Of a DNA stretch of 64,000 bases, positions 50,438-59,117 are shown one piece after another. The position numbers were made by a program, and so were the translations under genes. This DNA is from Phycisphaerales bacterium (GTDB taxonomy: Bacteria > Planctomycetota > Phycisphaerae > Sedimentisphaerales > UBA12454): contig PLMU01000009.1 in NCBI GenBank assembly GCA_003142595.1, positions 8,195-72,194 of the forward strand. The letters run 5' to 3'. A model generated the notes under the pieces. That model saw only the letters and a program-made list of their open reading frames with translations. It did no database searches and was not told the DNA's origin. Within the stretch, counting starts at the first letter, position 1. The number at the start of each line of letters is the position of its first letter.

Positions 50438-50925
50438 ATATATTTTTCGATTATTTGTTTCAAATGCGGAAATTGTTTAATTAAGAGTTTTCTGTCGCCA
50501 TGCTGGTAGTCAGAAAATTCGAATCCTGGCGATACAGTGCATCCTAAAAGTGCGAATTTGCCGCCTTCGATAAGTCTTGTTCCCTGCCAGACATTTTTAG
50601 GCACAACAACCTGAGGTTTTTGGTTTTTGAGCAAATCTGTGCCGAGGACAATTGTTTCTGTTTTACCGCCATCTGCGATTTTCAGCATCTCTACCGCATC
50701 TCCGAGATAAAAGTGAAAGATTTCATCGCTTTTTACACGATGAAGTTTTGAGAAACTCTGCGGCGTTATGAGATAAAGAATCGCGGTTGAGAAGTTTCTT
50801 GCCCCTTCGTATCCGGCGGGCAGGTCATTGATTTTTTCTTTTGCGCGATAGGTTTCAGTATAAAAACCGCCTTCATCAGGCAGAGGCTTGAGAGCAAATA
50901 TTTTAATTATTTCTTCAGCGGTCAT
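50434..50925 (-). CDS. Cupin_5 (DUF985) protein
   Basis: EGGFYTETYR, TAILYL, DEIFHFYLG, CTVSPGFEF. Confidence 0.88.
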   Translation of the reverse strand: MTAEEIIKIFALKPLPDEGGFYTETYRAKEKINDLPAGYEGARNFSTAILYLITPQSFSKLHRVKSDEIFHFYLGDAVEMLKIADGGKTETIVLGTDLLKNQKPQVVVPKNVWQGTRLIEGGKFALLGCTVSPGFEFSDYQHGDRKLLIKQFPHLKQIIEKYI

Positions 50926-50938
50926 ATAGACAAACAAA

Positions 50939-51394
50939 CTAATCTTCTTTTAAAACAATCTGGTCGTATTCAAGCTCAAAGCGGAGTTTGTGTTTTGCTT
51001 CCTGCTGGGCGAGAGATTGGAAAAGCTGTTTATTTGTCGGGTCTGTGACGAGATTGGCCATATGGGTATAGAGCTGAAAGGCCTTTTTTTCTTTCTGCAT
51101 AGCAAGGACAAGTGCAGCCTGATAGTCCATATCAGGAGTCGGCTGGGCCGCGACCGTGAATTCAGCTATTTTTAAATCAGCGATTTGTTCGCCGCTAAGC
51201 TCAACTTTCTTTCCCTTTTTGGTATCTTCCAGGAGTTTTTTGTGGTTCTGCTCCTCAGCGGCAAAATCGAGAAAGACCTGCTTGATTTCAGGATTTTTCA
51301 TCTTTGCGGCGAGGTCGATATAAAACTTGTAAGCCTTGATTTCATTATCAATCGCAAAATCCAGAATGTCGTCGACGAGATTAAATTGGTTCAT
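50939..51394 (-). CDS. Rubrerythrin/ferritin-like protein
   Basis: AIDNE..A..FY, EEQNH, AMQKE, QEAKH. Confidence 0.85.
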   Translation of the reverse strand: MNQFNLVDDILDFAIDNEIKAYKFYIDLAAKMKNPEIKQVFLDFAAEEQNHKKLLEDTKKGKKVELSGEQIADLKIAEFTVAAQPTPDMDYQAALVLAMQKEKKAFQLYTHMANLVTDPTNKQLFQSLAQQEAKHKLRFELEYDQIVLKED

Positions 51395-51475
51395 TGGTAC
51401 TCCCATAAAAATATTCTTCAATTATTATACGATAGTTCCAGAGCAAATCAATCGATTATTCCTGTCTGTTTTTTT

Positions 51476-51598
51476 ACAAAGCGCGCAATATAAAACTTGC
51501 GCGCTTTAAAAAAATAAAAAAATTTATCTCCATATCCGGCAAGGAGTTACAAATTTCACATCTGGAATTTTGTTCGAAATTTAGCACAAAGCGCGCAA
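51476..51598. promoter_or_regulatory. Three AAAGCGCGCAA motifs upstream of the portal operon
   Basis: acaaagcgcgcaa (51476), inverted ttgcgcgcttt (51497), acaaagcgcgcaa (51586). Confidence 0.55.
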
Positions 51599-51649
51599 CT
51601 TCCTATGTAGGGTGGAAAGACATATAAATCAAAATTGCGGAGAAATTTA

Positions 51650-53179
51650 ATGGCCTTTGATTTTACAAATTTAGAGACAAATAATCTCAATCCAAATTTT
51701 GTCGATTGGCTCGTCGATGAGCAGTGGGTCGATATGCAGACTCACTTCGGCAGGTTCTGGGATTATTATCAGAATCCGATGTATTCAACGATCGGCCTGT
51801 CGGCGGCTGATGCCAAACTGAATGAATCGGCGCGAACTTACGTTCAGGCTCAGGAAATGGGACTGCCTGCGAGAATTACCGGCATAAAAAGAAGCGAGGC
51901 AAGCGGACTTTTGGGCGGCAGGGCTGTTGCGGAGATAGAACGCAAAGAAGTTGTAATAGAAAATGATATAGGCTGGCGAATCAACGCTATGGTGGATTTT
52001 CTGTTCGGCAAAGGCGTTGATATTGTCTGCAGAGCGGAAGATAAAAGCAGACGCGCTGAAATCGATAAAATACTGAAACAGGTATTTAATTCCAACGGCG
52101 GGGTAAGGTTCTTTCAGGATATGGCAGTGCTCGGGGCTGTTTATGGTTTTGTGGACTGTATAGTCCGGCCGGGACAGAAAATCGCAGACTTCGTGCAAAA
52201 TTTTTCATCTTCTTCATCTTTTTCTCTCCAGAAGGCGTTAGAACTTATTTCTGATTGCGGTCTGGAACTGATTGAGGCCCAAAGAGCACTGCCTGTTCTG
52301 GAAGAAAGAGATTTCAGAAAAATCAGTTTTTATGTTCAGCATTTTATCGAGCAGAAAAATGAAACAGCAAATGAAGGAAATTTTCTGCGAAGACTGCTTG
52401 GCGGCAAAGGCAGCAGCACAGCAAGGCATTCGATAGCGGTTACAGAGATTATTTCGCCCAGCTGGTGGCAGAGGTATGAGGAAAAACAACTGGCGGAAGA
52501 AGGGCCGAATATTATGGGCATTATTCCTGTCGTGCATATTCAGAATATCGCGCAGCCATTGTATTACGAGGGAATAAGCGATGTCGAGCCGTTGATACCG
52601 CTTCAAGATGAATTGAATACGAGGCTTAGCGACAGGGCGAGCAGGATAACGTTCCAGGCATTTAAAATGTATCTCGCCAAGGGGATTGAAGGCATTGAGA
52701 ACAGGGCGGTATCGCCGGGCAGGATGTGGTGCACAGATAATCCTGACGCGAGCATTGAGCAGTTCGGCGGGGATTCGACAACGCCAAGCGAAGACGCTCA
52801 TATCTCGGAAATAAGAGAAGCACTGGACAAGGCAAGCGGCGTTACGCCTGTGGTTGCCGGTGTGTTGAAAGATAAAGTCGGCAATCTGACAAGCGCGGTC
52901 GCTTTGAAAATGACACTGATGGGTATGCTGGCAAAGACAGAGCGGAAAAATTACGCATACGGTCAGGGGATTAAAGAGATTGCCGCGATGGTGATGCATC
53001 TGCTTGATGTAACAAATATTTATCCCAACTCGAAAGATAAAAGAGTGTTCGATGTGATTTTTCCAAGTCCGCTGCCGGAAAACACTCTTGAAAAACTCAA
53101 TGAGGCAAAATTGAAACAGGAACTCGGGGTATCCAAAGAACAGGTCCTTAGAGAACTCGGTTATGAAACAAATTCATAG
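51650..53179 (+). CDS. Phage portal protein (SPP1 gp6-like)
   Basis: RINAMVDFLFGK, IPVVHIQN, GISDVEPLIPLQDELN, SAVALK; first gene of a head operon. Confidence 0.85.
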   Translation: MAFDFTNLETNNLNPNFVDWLVDEQWVDMQTHFGRFWDYYQNPMYSTIGLSAADAKLNESARTYVQAQEMGLPARITGIKRSEASGLLGGRAVAEIERKEVVIENDIGWRINAMVDFLFGKGVDIVCRAEDKSRRAEIDKILKQVFNSNGGVRFFQDMAVLGAVYGFVDCIVRPGQKIADFVQNFSSSSSFSLQKALELISDCGLELIEAQRALPVLEERDFRKISFYVQHFIEQKNETANEGNFLRRLLGGKGSSTARHSIAVTEIISPSWWQRYEEKQLAEEGPNIMGIIPVVHIQNIAQPLYYEGISDVEPLIPLQDELNTRLSDRASRITFQAFKMYLAKGIEGIENRAVSPGRMWCTDNPDASIEQFGGDSTTPSEDAHISEIREALDKASGVTPVVAGVLKDKVGNLTSAVALKMTLMGMLAKTERKNYAYGQGIKEIAAMVMHLLDVTNIYPNSKDKRVFDVIFPSPLPENTLEKLNEAKLKQELGVSKEQVLRELGYETNS

Positions 53180-53191
53180 GAGAAATTTTTA

Positions 53192-53707
53192 ATGAGTCAG
53201 ATTGACACAGAAATTAACGGTTCGGATGAACCACAGCAGCGAAGTGAAAAGCTTGTAGATGTAAGCGAGGCTATTCGCTACCGCAAAAGAGCACAGAGTG
53301 CCGAGCAGAAGCAGAGTTTGCTTGAACAGGAACTTGCCGAGAGCAGAGGTGAAGTTGAAAGACTGAATAAAAATTTTTCACAGATGACGATTGAGCGGCA
53401 GTTGATAGAAAACCTTACTTCGGCAGGTGTTCGAGACCTGGAAGCGGCCGTGATAATCGGCAAAGCCAGACTTGAAAACAATGGAAAGGCTACAGCGGCG
53501 GATATTGTCGAGCAATTGAAGAAAGAAAAAAGTTATTTGTTCTCTGACAGTAACTTATCCGGCGCAGTCGGGACAAAGACAAGCGGAGTCAAAGACAAGT
53601 TGTCGGGCACAACAGGAGCGCTTGAACGGACTGCCAAAAAAGCGGCCAAGAGCGGCTCAAGAACGGACCTGCAGGAGTATCTGCGGGCAAGAAGAAATTT
53701 TGTGTAA
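53192..53707 (+). CDS. Capsid scaffolding-like protein
   Basis: Coiled coil, VEQLKKEKSYLF, basic C-terminus; lies between portal and capsid. Confidence 0.7.
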   Translation: MSQIDTEINGSDEPQQRSEKLVDVSEAIRYRKRAQSAEQKQSLLEQELAESRGEVERLNKNFSQMTIERQLIENLTSAGVRDLEAAVIIGKARLENNGKATAADIVEQLKKEKSYLFSDSNLSGAVGTKTSGVKDKLSGTTGALERTAKKAAKSGSRTDLQEYLRARRNFV

Positions 53708-53717
53708 TAAAAATATA

Positions 53718-53742
53718 GATTCCCGCTTACGCGGGAATGACA
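53718..53742. repeat. REP-like palindrome gattcccgc-ttac-gcgggaatgaca
   Basis: ATTCCC-N8-GGGAAT core between scaffold and capsid genes. Confidence 0.65.
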
Positions 53743-53764
53743 ACCAACATAAAGGAGAATAATT

Positions 53765-54913
53765 ATGGCATTTACAGGTAAAGCGACATACTCGGCAGGA
53801 ATAACTCTGCCGGAAATCGCAGAAGATGTATCAGACCTTATCGGGATTATTTCACCCAGTGAGGTGCCTTTGCTTGATGCGATAGGCGACCCTCTGCGCG
53901 AGGCGAAAAGCACATATCACGAATGGCTTGAGGATTCGCTTGTTCCCAATAAGGACACAGTCAGCGACAGTTCTATCAGCGACCCTGACGGTGAAACTAG
54001 CTTTGATGTCGCCAATGGCGATAGATTCAGAGCAGGCGACCAGATTCAGGCTGAAAACTCCGAAGAGCTGATACTGATAACAGGAGTAAGCGGCAATACG
54101 ATTACAGTTGTTCGCGGCTATGCCGGGACAACTGCGGAAAATATCGCCAATGGTCAGGTGATTAAAATTCTCGGCAATGCCGCGCTTGAAGGCGACGATA
54201 AACCCGCGGCAAGATTTACCAATCGCGTCCGCTGCGGAAATTACACGCAGATTTTCACGGCCGGTGTCGAAGTCAGCGGCACAAATATCGCCGCCGGTCA
54301 TCTTGGTATTTCAGACGAGATGGATTATCAAAAGGCCGAGAGGCTGCGCGAGTTGGTTCGCGACCTTGAAAACACTGTAATCAACGGCGGTCAGCCATCG
54401 GCAAATCCGCAGGGCGGGGCATCTGTTCGCAGGAGTATGAAGGGCATAGTCCAGAATATCACGACGAATGTTTTTCGGCCCGGCAGTTCAGGATTCCCGA
54501 GCGGGACAGGTCTTGACGAGGCAAAGATTAATTATGTGCTGCGTCAGATATGGGAGAACAGCAACGGCAATGTCGATTTGATTGTTGTCGGCGGATATCA
54601 GAAGCGCAAGATTAACTCGTTTCTGATTACCAGCAGAAGTTTCTGGCCGGCGGACAAGGCATACACCGATATGGTCAGCGTTTATGAAAGCGACTTCGGC
54701 GTTTGCAGGATTCTCACCAGCAGATGGATTCCGCAGGACGCAGTGCTGCTTCTTGATTCATCGCGGATAAGCGTTCTTCCTCTTGCAGGCAGAAGCTTCC
54801 ACTTCAAACCTCTGGCAAGCGGAGGCGATTATGAAAGTGGACAACTCATCGGCGAATATACACTTGAGTTCAAAAATGAAGCCGCACACGGTCTAATCAG
54901 GGACCTTGTGTAA
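53765..54913 (+). CDS. Major capsid protein (DUF5309/SU10-like, HK97 fold)
   Basis: EDVSDLIGIISPSEVP, HEWLEDSL, NYTQIF...VSGT, YESDFG, GEYTLEFKNEAAHG; strong SD aaggag. Confidence 0.85.
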   Translation: MAFTGKATYSAGITLPEIAEDVSDLIGIISPSEVPLLDAIGDPLREAKSTYHEWLEDSLVPNKDTVSDSSISDPDGETSFDVANGDRFRAGDQIQAENSEELILITGVSGNTITVVRGYAGTTAENIANGQVIKILGNAALEGDDKPAARFTNRVRCGNYTQIFTAGVEVSGTNIAAGHLGISDEMDYQKAERLRELVRDLENTVINGGQPSANPQGGASVRRSMKGIVQNITTNVFRPGSSGFPSGTGLDEAKINYVLRQIWENSNGNVDLIVVGGYQKRKINSFLITSRSFWPADKAYTDMVSVYESDFGVCRILTSRWIPQDAVLLLDSSRISVLPLAGRSFHFKPLASGGDYESGQLIGEYTLEFKNEAAHGLIRDLV

Positions 54914-54932
54914 GTTAGAAATTTACTTTTTT

Positions 54933-55000
54933 CGGCCGGGCACGGATATCTACAAAACCATTGCGATTTTAAAGGTTAGATAATTCCGTCCCGGCCGGGA
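54933..55000 (+). other. Long GC-rich hairpin after the capsid gene
   Basis: cggccgggcacgga-tatcta...tagata-attccgtcccggccg. Confidence 0.6.
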
Positions 55001-55019
55001 TAAAGTTTGAGGTAAAACA

Positions 55020-55675
55020 ATGAATAATTTTTCATACGATGTTGACATTTTGAAATATGAGCCGAGCTTGTTCGACGATTTGCATTTCGCCAGCCAGGTA
55101 TTAATAAGCGGCAGCGGCGCAGAAATATCGGGGGCAACTTTTAATGCGCCGGGCGCGAATTTCAACGCCGCTAAAATTACAGCCGGGATGGTTGTATATC
55201 TGCAAAGCACCGATGGCGTTGTTGATGGGCATACGAGATAGTATCGGTGGATTCCGCAACGCAGCTTACCATTTCTGTTTTAAGAGCTGACGGGCAAAGC
55301 GATGTTATAGCTCTGGCAGACGGCGAAAATGTGAATTACAGGATTTGCACTTATCAGCCGCAAAGCTGTGAAGTGTTCCTGCAACTTACGCAGCATTTTG
55401 GATTAAGACCGGGTGCGCCTGACGGAGATTACAGCGCCGACGATATTCTTGACATCTCGGCTTTGAGACAAGTATCGGTGTATGGGGTTATGTCGATAAT
55501 TTTTGCGACGCTTGCAGGCAAAGCGGATGAAGCGAATTTCTGGGCAAAGAGCAAATATTACAGGCAGCTTTTTGAAAAAGCATTGCAACGCAGCAGGGTA
55601 AGTATCGACCTGGGCGATGATGGCGTCGCGGATTCTGTCCGCAGCGGCGCAAGCGTCAGATTGTTGAGGGATTAA
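55020..55675 (+). pseudogene. Head-completion/adaptor-like protein with a -1 frameshift at 55227-55229
   Basis: Adding one G to GATGGGCATACGAG gives continuous DGVVDGAYEIVSVDSATQL; C-terminal WAKSKYYRQLFEKAL...DLGDDG. Confidence 0.65.
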
Positions 55676-55676
55676 A

Positions 55677-56048
55677 ATGAAAGCTGTGCTCGATAATGAA
55701 ATAATTTTCAATGAAGAATCTTTCGAGCTGGAAATAAAAAGTTTTCAGAGGGAAGTTGTTCAAAGGTCTGCTGCAGGCCTTGACGGGCAGGTGAGTATCG
55801 ACCTTGGTTTGCGGGGAAGAAAGCTTGTGCAGAAAGGCGAACTGCGAGCCAAAAATCAGGCTGAACTTCAGGGAATAATAGATGATATAAATGGGCTTAT
55901 CGACGGCAATGAGTATATTTTGAAAAGTTCTGACGGAAGAGTATTTGAAAATCTTGTGATTGATAATTTTCAGGCCGGTTCTTTTGTCTTCGGCGGGACA
56001 CAAGCCAGTTGCAAATATCAAATAACTTATACGCAGCAGGTTAGCTAA
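55677..56048 (+). CDS. Virion structural hypothetical protein
   Basis: Tightly packed in the capsid operon; beta-rich. Confidence 0.6.
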   Translation: MKAVLDNEIIFNEESFELEIKSFQREVVQRSAAGLDGQVSIDLGLRGRKLVQKGELRAKNQAELQGIIDDINGLIDGNEYILKSSDGRVFENLVIDNFQAGSFVFGGTQASCKYQITYTQQVS

Positions 56049-56752
56049 TGATTTCAAGTGAAGGAATAAGCAAAGTAAGAGCATTTGCGTTGTCGGCAGG
56101 AGCGGCGGTTGTTAAATGGCATTCGACCAGCAGTGATATGCTGCATCAGGTTTATGTCAACGGCAGATTTGCAGGTGCGACAGTTGAGCCGATGCAGAGA
56201 CAATTGATTGTGGCGATTCCGCTTTCTGTAAAAACTGCTGTGCAGATAGAAGTTTTTGCTGTTGAGCCGGAGTATTCTGATATTGATTATTCTGCGGGGC
56301 AATCTCAATCGGGGCGGGCGAAGATTGAATTTCCTCGAACAGATAATCTGCCGACAGGCGGAAACGTTGATTATTATCTTGAGGAAAACAAACTCAGCAA
56401 TAGAAGCATAAGAATCCAACCGGAATTTGCGGACAAAGGCGGATTTGGTCTGAGCAGTTTTGCGATGAGCGATTTCGGATATGACGGCTCTGCTGCGATG
56501 GGGCTGGGCAAAGGAAATTTTGGGGTTGGCTGGTTTGGTTTTGACTGCGATATGCTCTGCTGGCAAAGCGGACAATTAGAAGCAGGCAGATATAAATTTG
56601 ATATTAAAATAACTGATAAATTGGGTAATGAAACAGATGAGCAGATTGAAACGGAGGAGATGGCAGTTATCCCGCCGGCTACGCCTGCTAAAAAACTTAT
56701 AATCAAGTCATTTGATAAGCAAAGCGGTAAATTAATTTTGGAAGCGATATAG
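56048..56752 (+). CDS. Virion structural hypothetical protein with GFG repeats
   Basis: GGFGLSSFAMSDFGYDG..GLGKGNFGVGWFGFD; translationally coupled. Confidence 0.6.
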   Translation: MISSEGISKVRAFALSAGAAVVKWHSTSSDMLHQVYVNGRFAGATVEPMQRQLIVAIPLSVKTAVQIEVFAVEPEYSDIDYSAGQSQSGRAKIEFPRTDNLPTGGNVDYYLEENKLSNRSIRIQPEFADKGGFGLSSFAMSDFGYDGSAAMGLGKGNFGVGWFGFDCDMLCWQSGQLEAGRYKFDIKITDKLGNETDEQIETEEMAVIPPATPAKKLIIKSFDKQSGKLILEAI

Positions 56753-56762
56753 GAGATTTAAA

Positions 56763-57215
56763 ATGGCAGAAGTATATCCATCGGATAATGAACTTTTGAA
56801 TATTGTAAGCGACGGCGAGACAGGCGTTGAGTATATCACCACAGGCAAGGCGCCCTATTATCTTGAGTTTCGCAAACTGCTTTACAGATTGCTTCTGGCG
56901 GCAAGACGGGCGAATGATTTGCGTCTGTTCGATGAGGGTGGGCTGGACATCGGCGTTAAGGGCGGCAAGTTCTGGCTGGGGACAACGCTGATAAATTACG
57001 CCGGCTCAAGCGGCAATACGCTGGCGGATAATAAAAGCAATATCTATATCTATCTTAATTCGTCAGGCAATCTGGTCGTGAATGAATACACAGCTTTTCC
57101 TAATATGGCGGCAAATCCTCATTTAAGACTGGCAATCGTAACAACAAACAGCGGCGATATTACGTCAATCACAGATGTCAGATGTAATTTCTATGTGCCG
57201 GGGACAGGAGCGTAA
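56763..57215 (+). CDS. Structural protein, possible fibre/spike anchor
   Basis: SD aggag; C-terminal HLRLAIVTTNSGDITSITDVR resembles fibre attachment segments. Confidence 0.5.
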   Translation: MAEVYPSDNELLNIVSDGETGVEYITTGKAPYYLEFRKLLYRLLLAARRANDLRLFDEGGLDIGVKGGKFWLGTTLINYAGSSGNTLADNKSNIYIYLNSSGNLVVNEYTAFPNMAANPHLRLAIVTTNSGDITSITDVRCNFYVPGTGA

Positions 57216-58334
57216 ATGGCAACAATTATTTATGCAGACGGGACTTTAACGACCGGCAGTAACAACGGGACAAGCTGGGCAAACGCCTATCGGGGCTGCG
57301 CAGGTTTGCAGACCGCTCTTGACATCGCAGTCAACGGCAGCAATACAATAATTTATGTCCGCAACACTTTTTCAGTCGGCACTTACGGCAGCACGATAGA
57401 TATTGATACCGCTGGCGGCGACTATACAAACAACAACTGGCTGAAAATTATCGGCTGCGATAGTATTACCGGCAATCCTTTGCCGCAGGGGCAGTATGTA
57501 ATCTTGGATGGAGAAAATCTGTTAAGCGGTCATATTTTTAATATTTCCAATGTAAATATGATACATATAGAGAATATTCATTTTACAAGAGCATCGGCAT
57601 CAGGCAAAGCAGGATGCTATCTTACCGCAAGCAGCGTAAGATACGGTTATAATTTTATAAACTGCAAATTTTCATTATGCAGTAACGGTTTATATGCTCC
57701 TGTAAACAATAATCGAAATGTGTATGTTTATAGATGCGAGTTTTTAAGCAACTCCACTTACGATTTTTACTCATCAATATGCATGCCGACAATAACGGCT
57801 AACAGATTCAAATCGGCCTGCCCGTCTATTTTCGCTGCGCTGGGCGGGGCGATTGCCGGGTGCATATTTGAAAATTCTCAAAACAGCGGAACAGTTGTTA
57901 CGCTGAATGGGCATGTGACGCTGAGAGGCGAGGCGGTACTTACTAATTGCACTTTTTATTGCACCGGCACCGGCGGCATAACAGCGATAAACTGCAATAA
58001 TCTGGTCGGGTCTGTGATAATAAATAATATTTTTCACTTTGCCCAGCCGGCAGCTGATATTCCAATATCATCGCCAAGAATAAGTTTCGAGGATTATAAC
58101 TGCACAAACGCAACCGCTCATATTTTGACAGGTTCCCACAGTTTGAATTCCACAGACCCGCAATTTGCAGATTCGGCAAATGAAAATTTCAGGCCTCGAA
58201 ATTGTCTTGTTCTGCGCGGCGGAATGCCGGATTATTCAGGGAATCCAGGTCAAATCGGAGCTGTCGCGGGCAAATATCAGTTCATATCAAAAGCAAAAGG
58301 CGCTAATTTCGGCAGACTTTCAATATTCAGATAG
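57216..58334 (+). CDS. Right-handed beta-helix (tailspike-like) protein
   Basis: NGTSWANAY, INCKF/AGCIF/TNCTF/INNIF ladder, DPQFAD..N.NFR; AT-richer core. Confidence 0.65.
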   Translation: MATIIYADGTLTTGSNNGTSWANAYRGCAGLQTALDIAVNGSNTIIYVRNTFSVGTYGSTIDIDTAGGDYTNNNWLKIIGCDSITGNPLPQGQYVILDGENLLSGHIFNISNVNMIHIENIHFTRASASGKAGCYLTASSVRYGYNFINCKFSLCSNGLYAPVNNNRNVYVYRCEFLSNSTYDFYSSICMPTITANRFKSACPSIFAALGGAIAGCIFENSQNSGTVVTLNGHVTLRGEAVLTNCTFYCTGTGGITAINCNNLVGSVIINNIFHFAQPAADIPISSPRISFEDYNCTNATAHILTGSHSLNSTDPQFADSANENFRPRNCLVLRGGMPDYSGNPGQIGAVAGKYQFISKAKGANFGRLSIFR

Positions 58335-58345
58335 GAGTTTGGATA

Positions 58346-58789
58346 ATGGCAAATACAGCGATAGATATTCCATTTTATGTTTCAAAAGACGGCTCGCCTT
58401 TGAGCGGTGCAGCGGCTGAAATGAATTTCGAATCTTTAAGAATGATTGGCGGGACAGACAAAAGCGGCTCGGCTCCTGCAATCAGCGAAATAGGAGGAGG
58501 CTGGTATAAATTCAGCGCTGCTTACGGCTCGGCGCCTTTCGACGGCGGAGACCTTGTCGGGGTTATTGACGCAGATAAGAACGAAAGCAATAAACTGGCA
58601 AACGCAGAGCGATACATTCCCGTTGAAGTCCGATTAGATTTTTATGCTTTAATGAGAAACGTTTATAAAATGTCACAGGACAAACTGACAGGCGATATGG
58701 AAATTAAAAATTCAGGCGGCGGAACAATTCTGATTCTCGATATTACTGACGGCGACAGTGAAGTTGTCAGAGAGCCGACGTGGAACTGA
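58346..58789 (+). CDS. Structural hypothetical protein
   Basis: SD aggag; EIGGGWYKF; operonic. Confidence 0.6.
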   Translation: MANTAIDIPFYVSKDGSPLSGAAAEMNFESLRMIGGTDKSGSAPAISEIGGGWYKFSAAYGSAPFDGGDLVGVIDADKNESNKLANAERYIPVEVRLDFYALMRNVYKMSQDKLTGDMEIKNSGGGTILILDITDGDSEVVREPTWN

Positions 58790-59115
58790 TGGAAGCTAAA
58801 TTCTTTGACAGTTTATCAGGCGGAGATTCCGCAAACGGCGCAAAGCTCTGTATGGGGCTTACAGACGGGGACTTCTGGTCCTGCTTGAGCGGCGTACAGC
58901 TTTTGTATAAGGGGCAGGATAGTAATAATGTTGATTTCGGCCGGATTGAGGCAGTCTCAAATATAAATAATAAAAACTTTGAGCTCTCGTCCGGCCAACC
59001 TTTATCTCTTTGGCTCTATGTCGTCAGGCGGGTGAACCGCTGCGGAATGGAAGAACAAACGCTGTCGGCGGCGGTGATGGTCGCATTCGATAGTCTGGGC
59101 AATCTGATAGGCTAA
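58780..59115 (+). CDS. Hypothetical protein in the structural operon
   Basis: Overlaps the previous gene; YVVRRVN.CG.EE. Confidence 0.5.
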   Translation: MELMEAKFFDSLSGGDSANGAKLCMGLTDGDFWSCLSGVQLLYKGQDSNNVDFGRIEAVSNINNKNFELSSGQPLSLWLYVVRRVNRCGMEEQTLSAAVMVAFDSLGNLIG

Positions 59116-59117
59116 TT

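Noticed and set aside
50939-54913. Encapsulin nanocompartment with ferritin-like cargo
   Set aside because: The capsid comes with portal, scaffold and a terminase. The ferritin-like gene is divergent, in the cupin-menA run, with no obvious targeting peptide.
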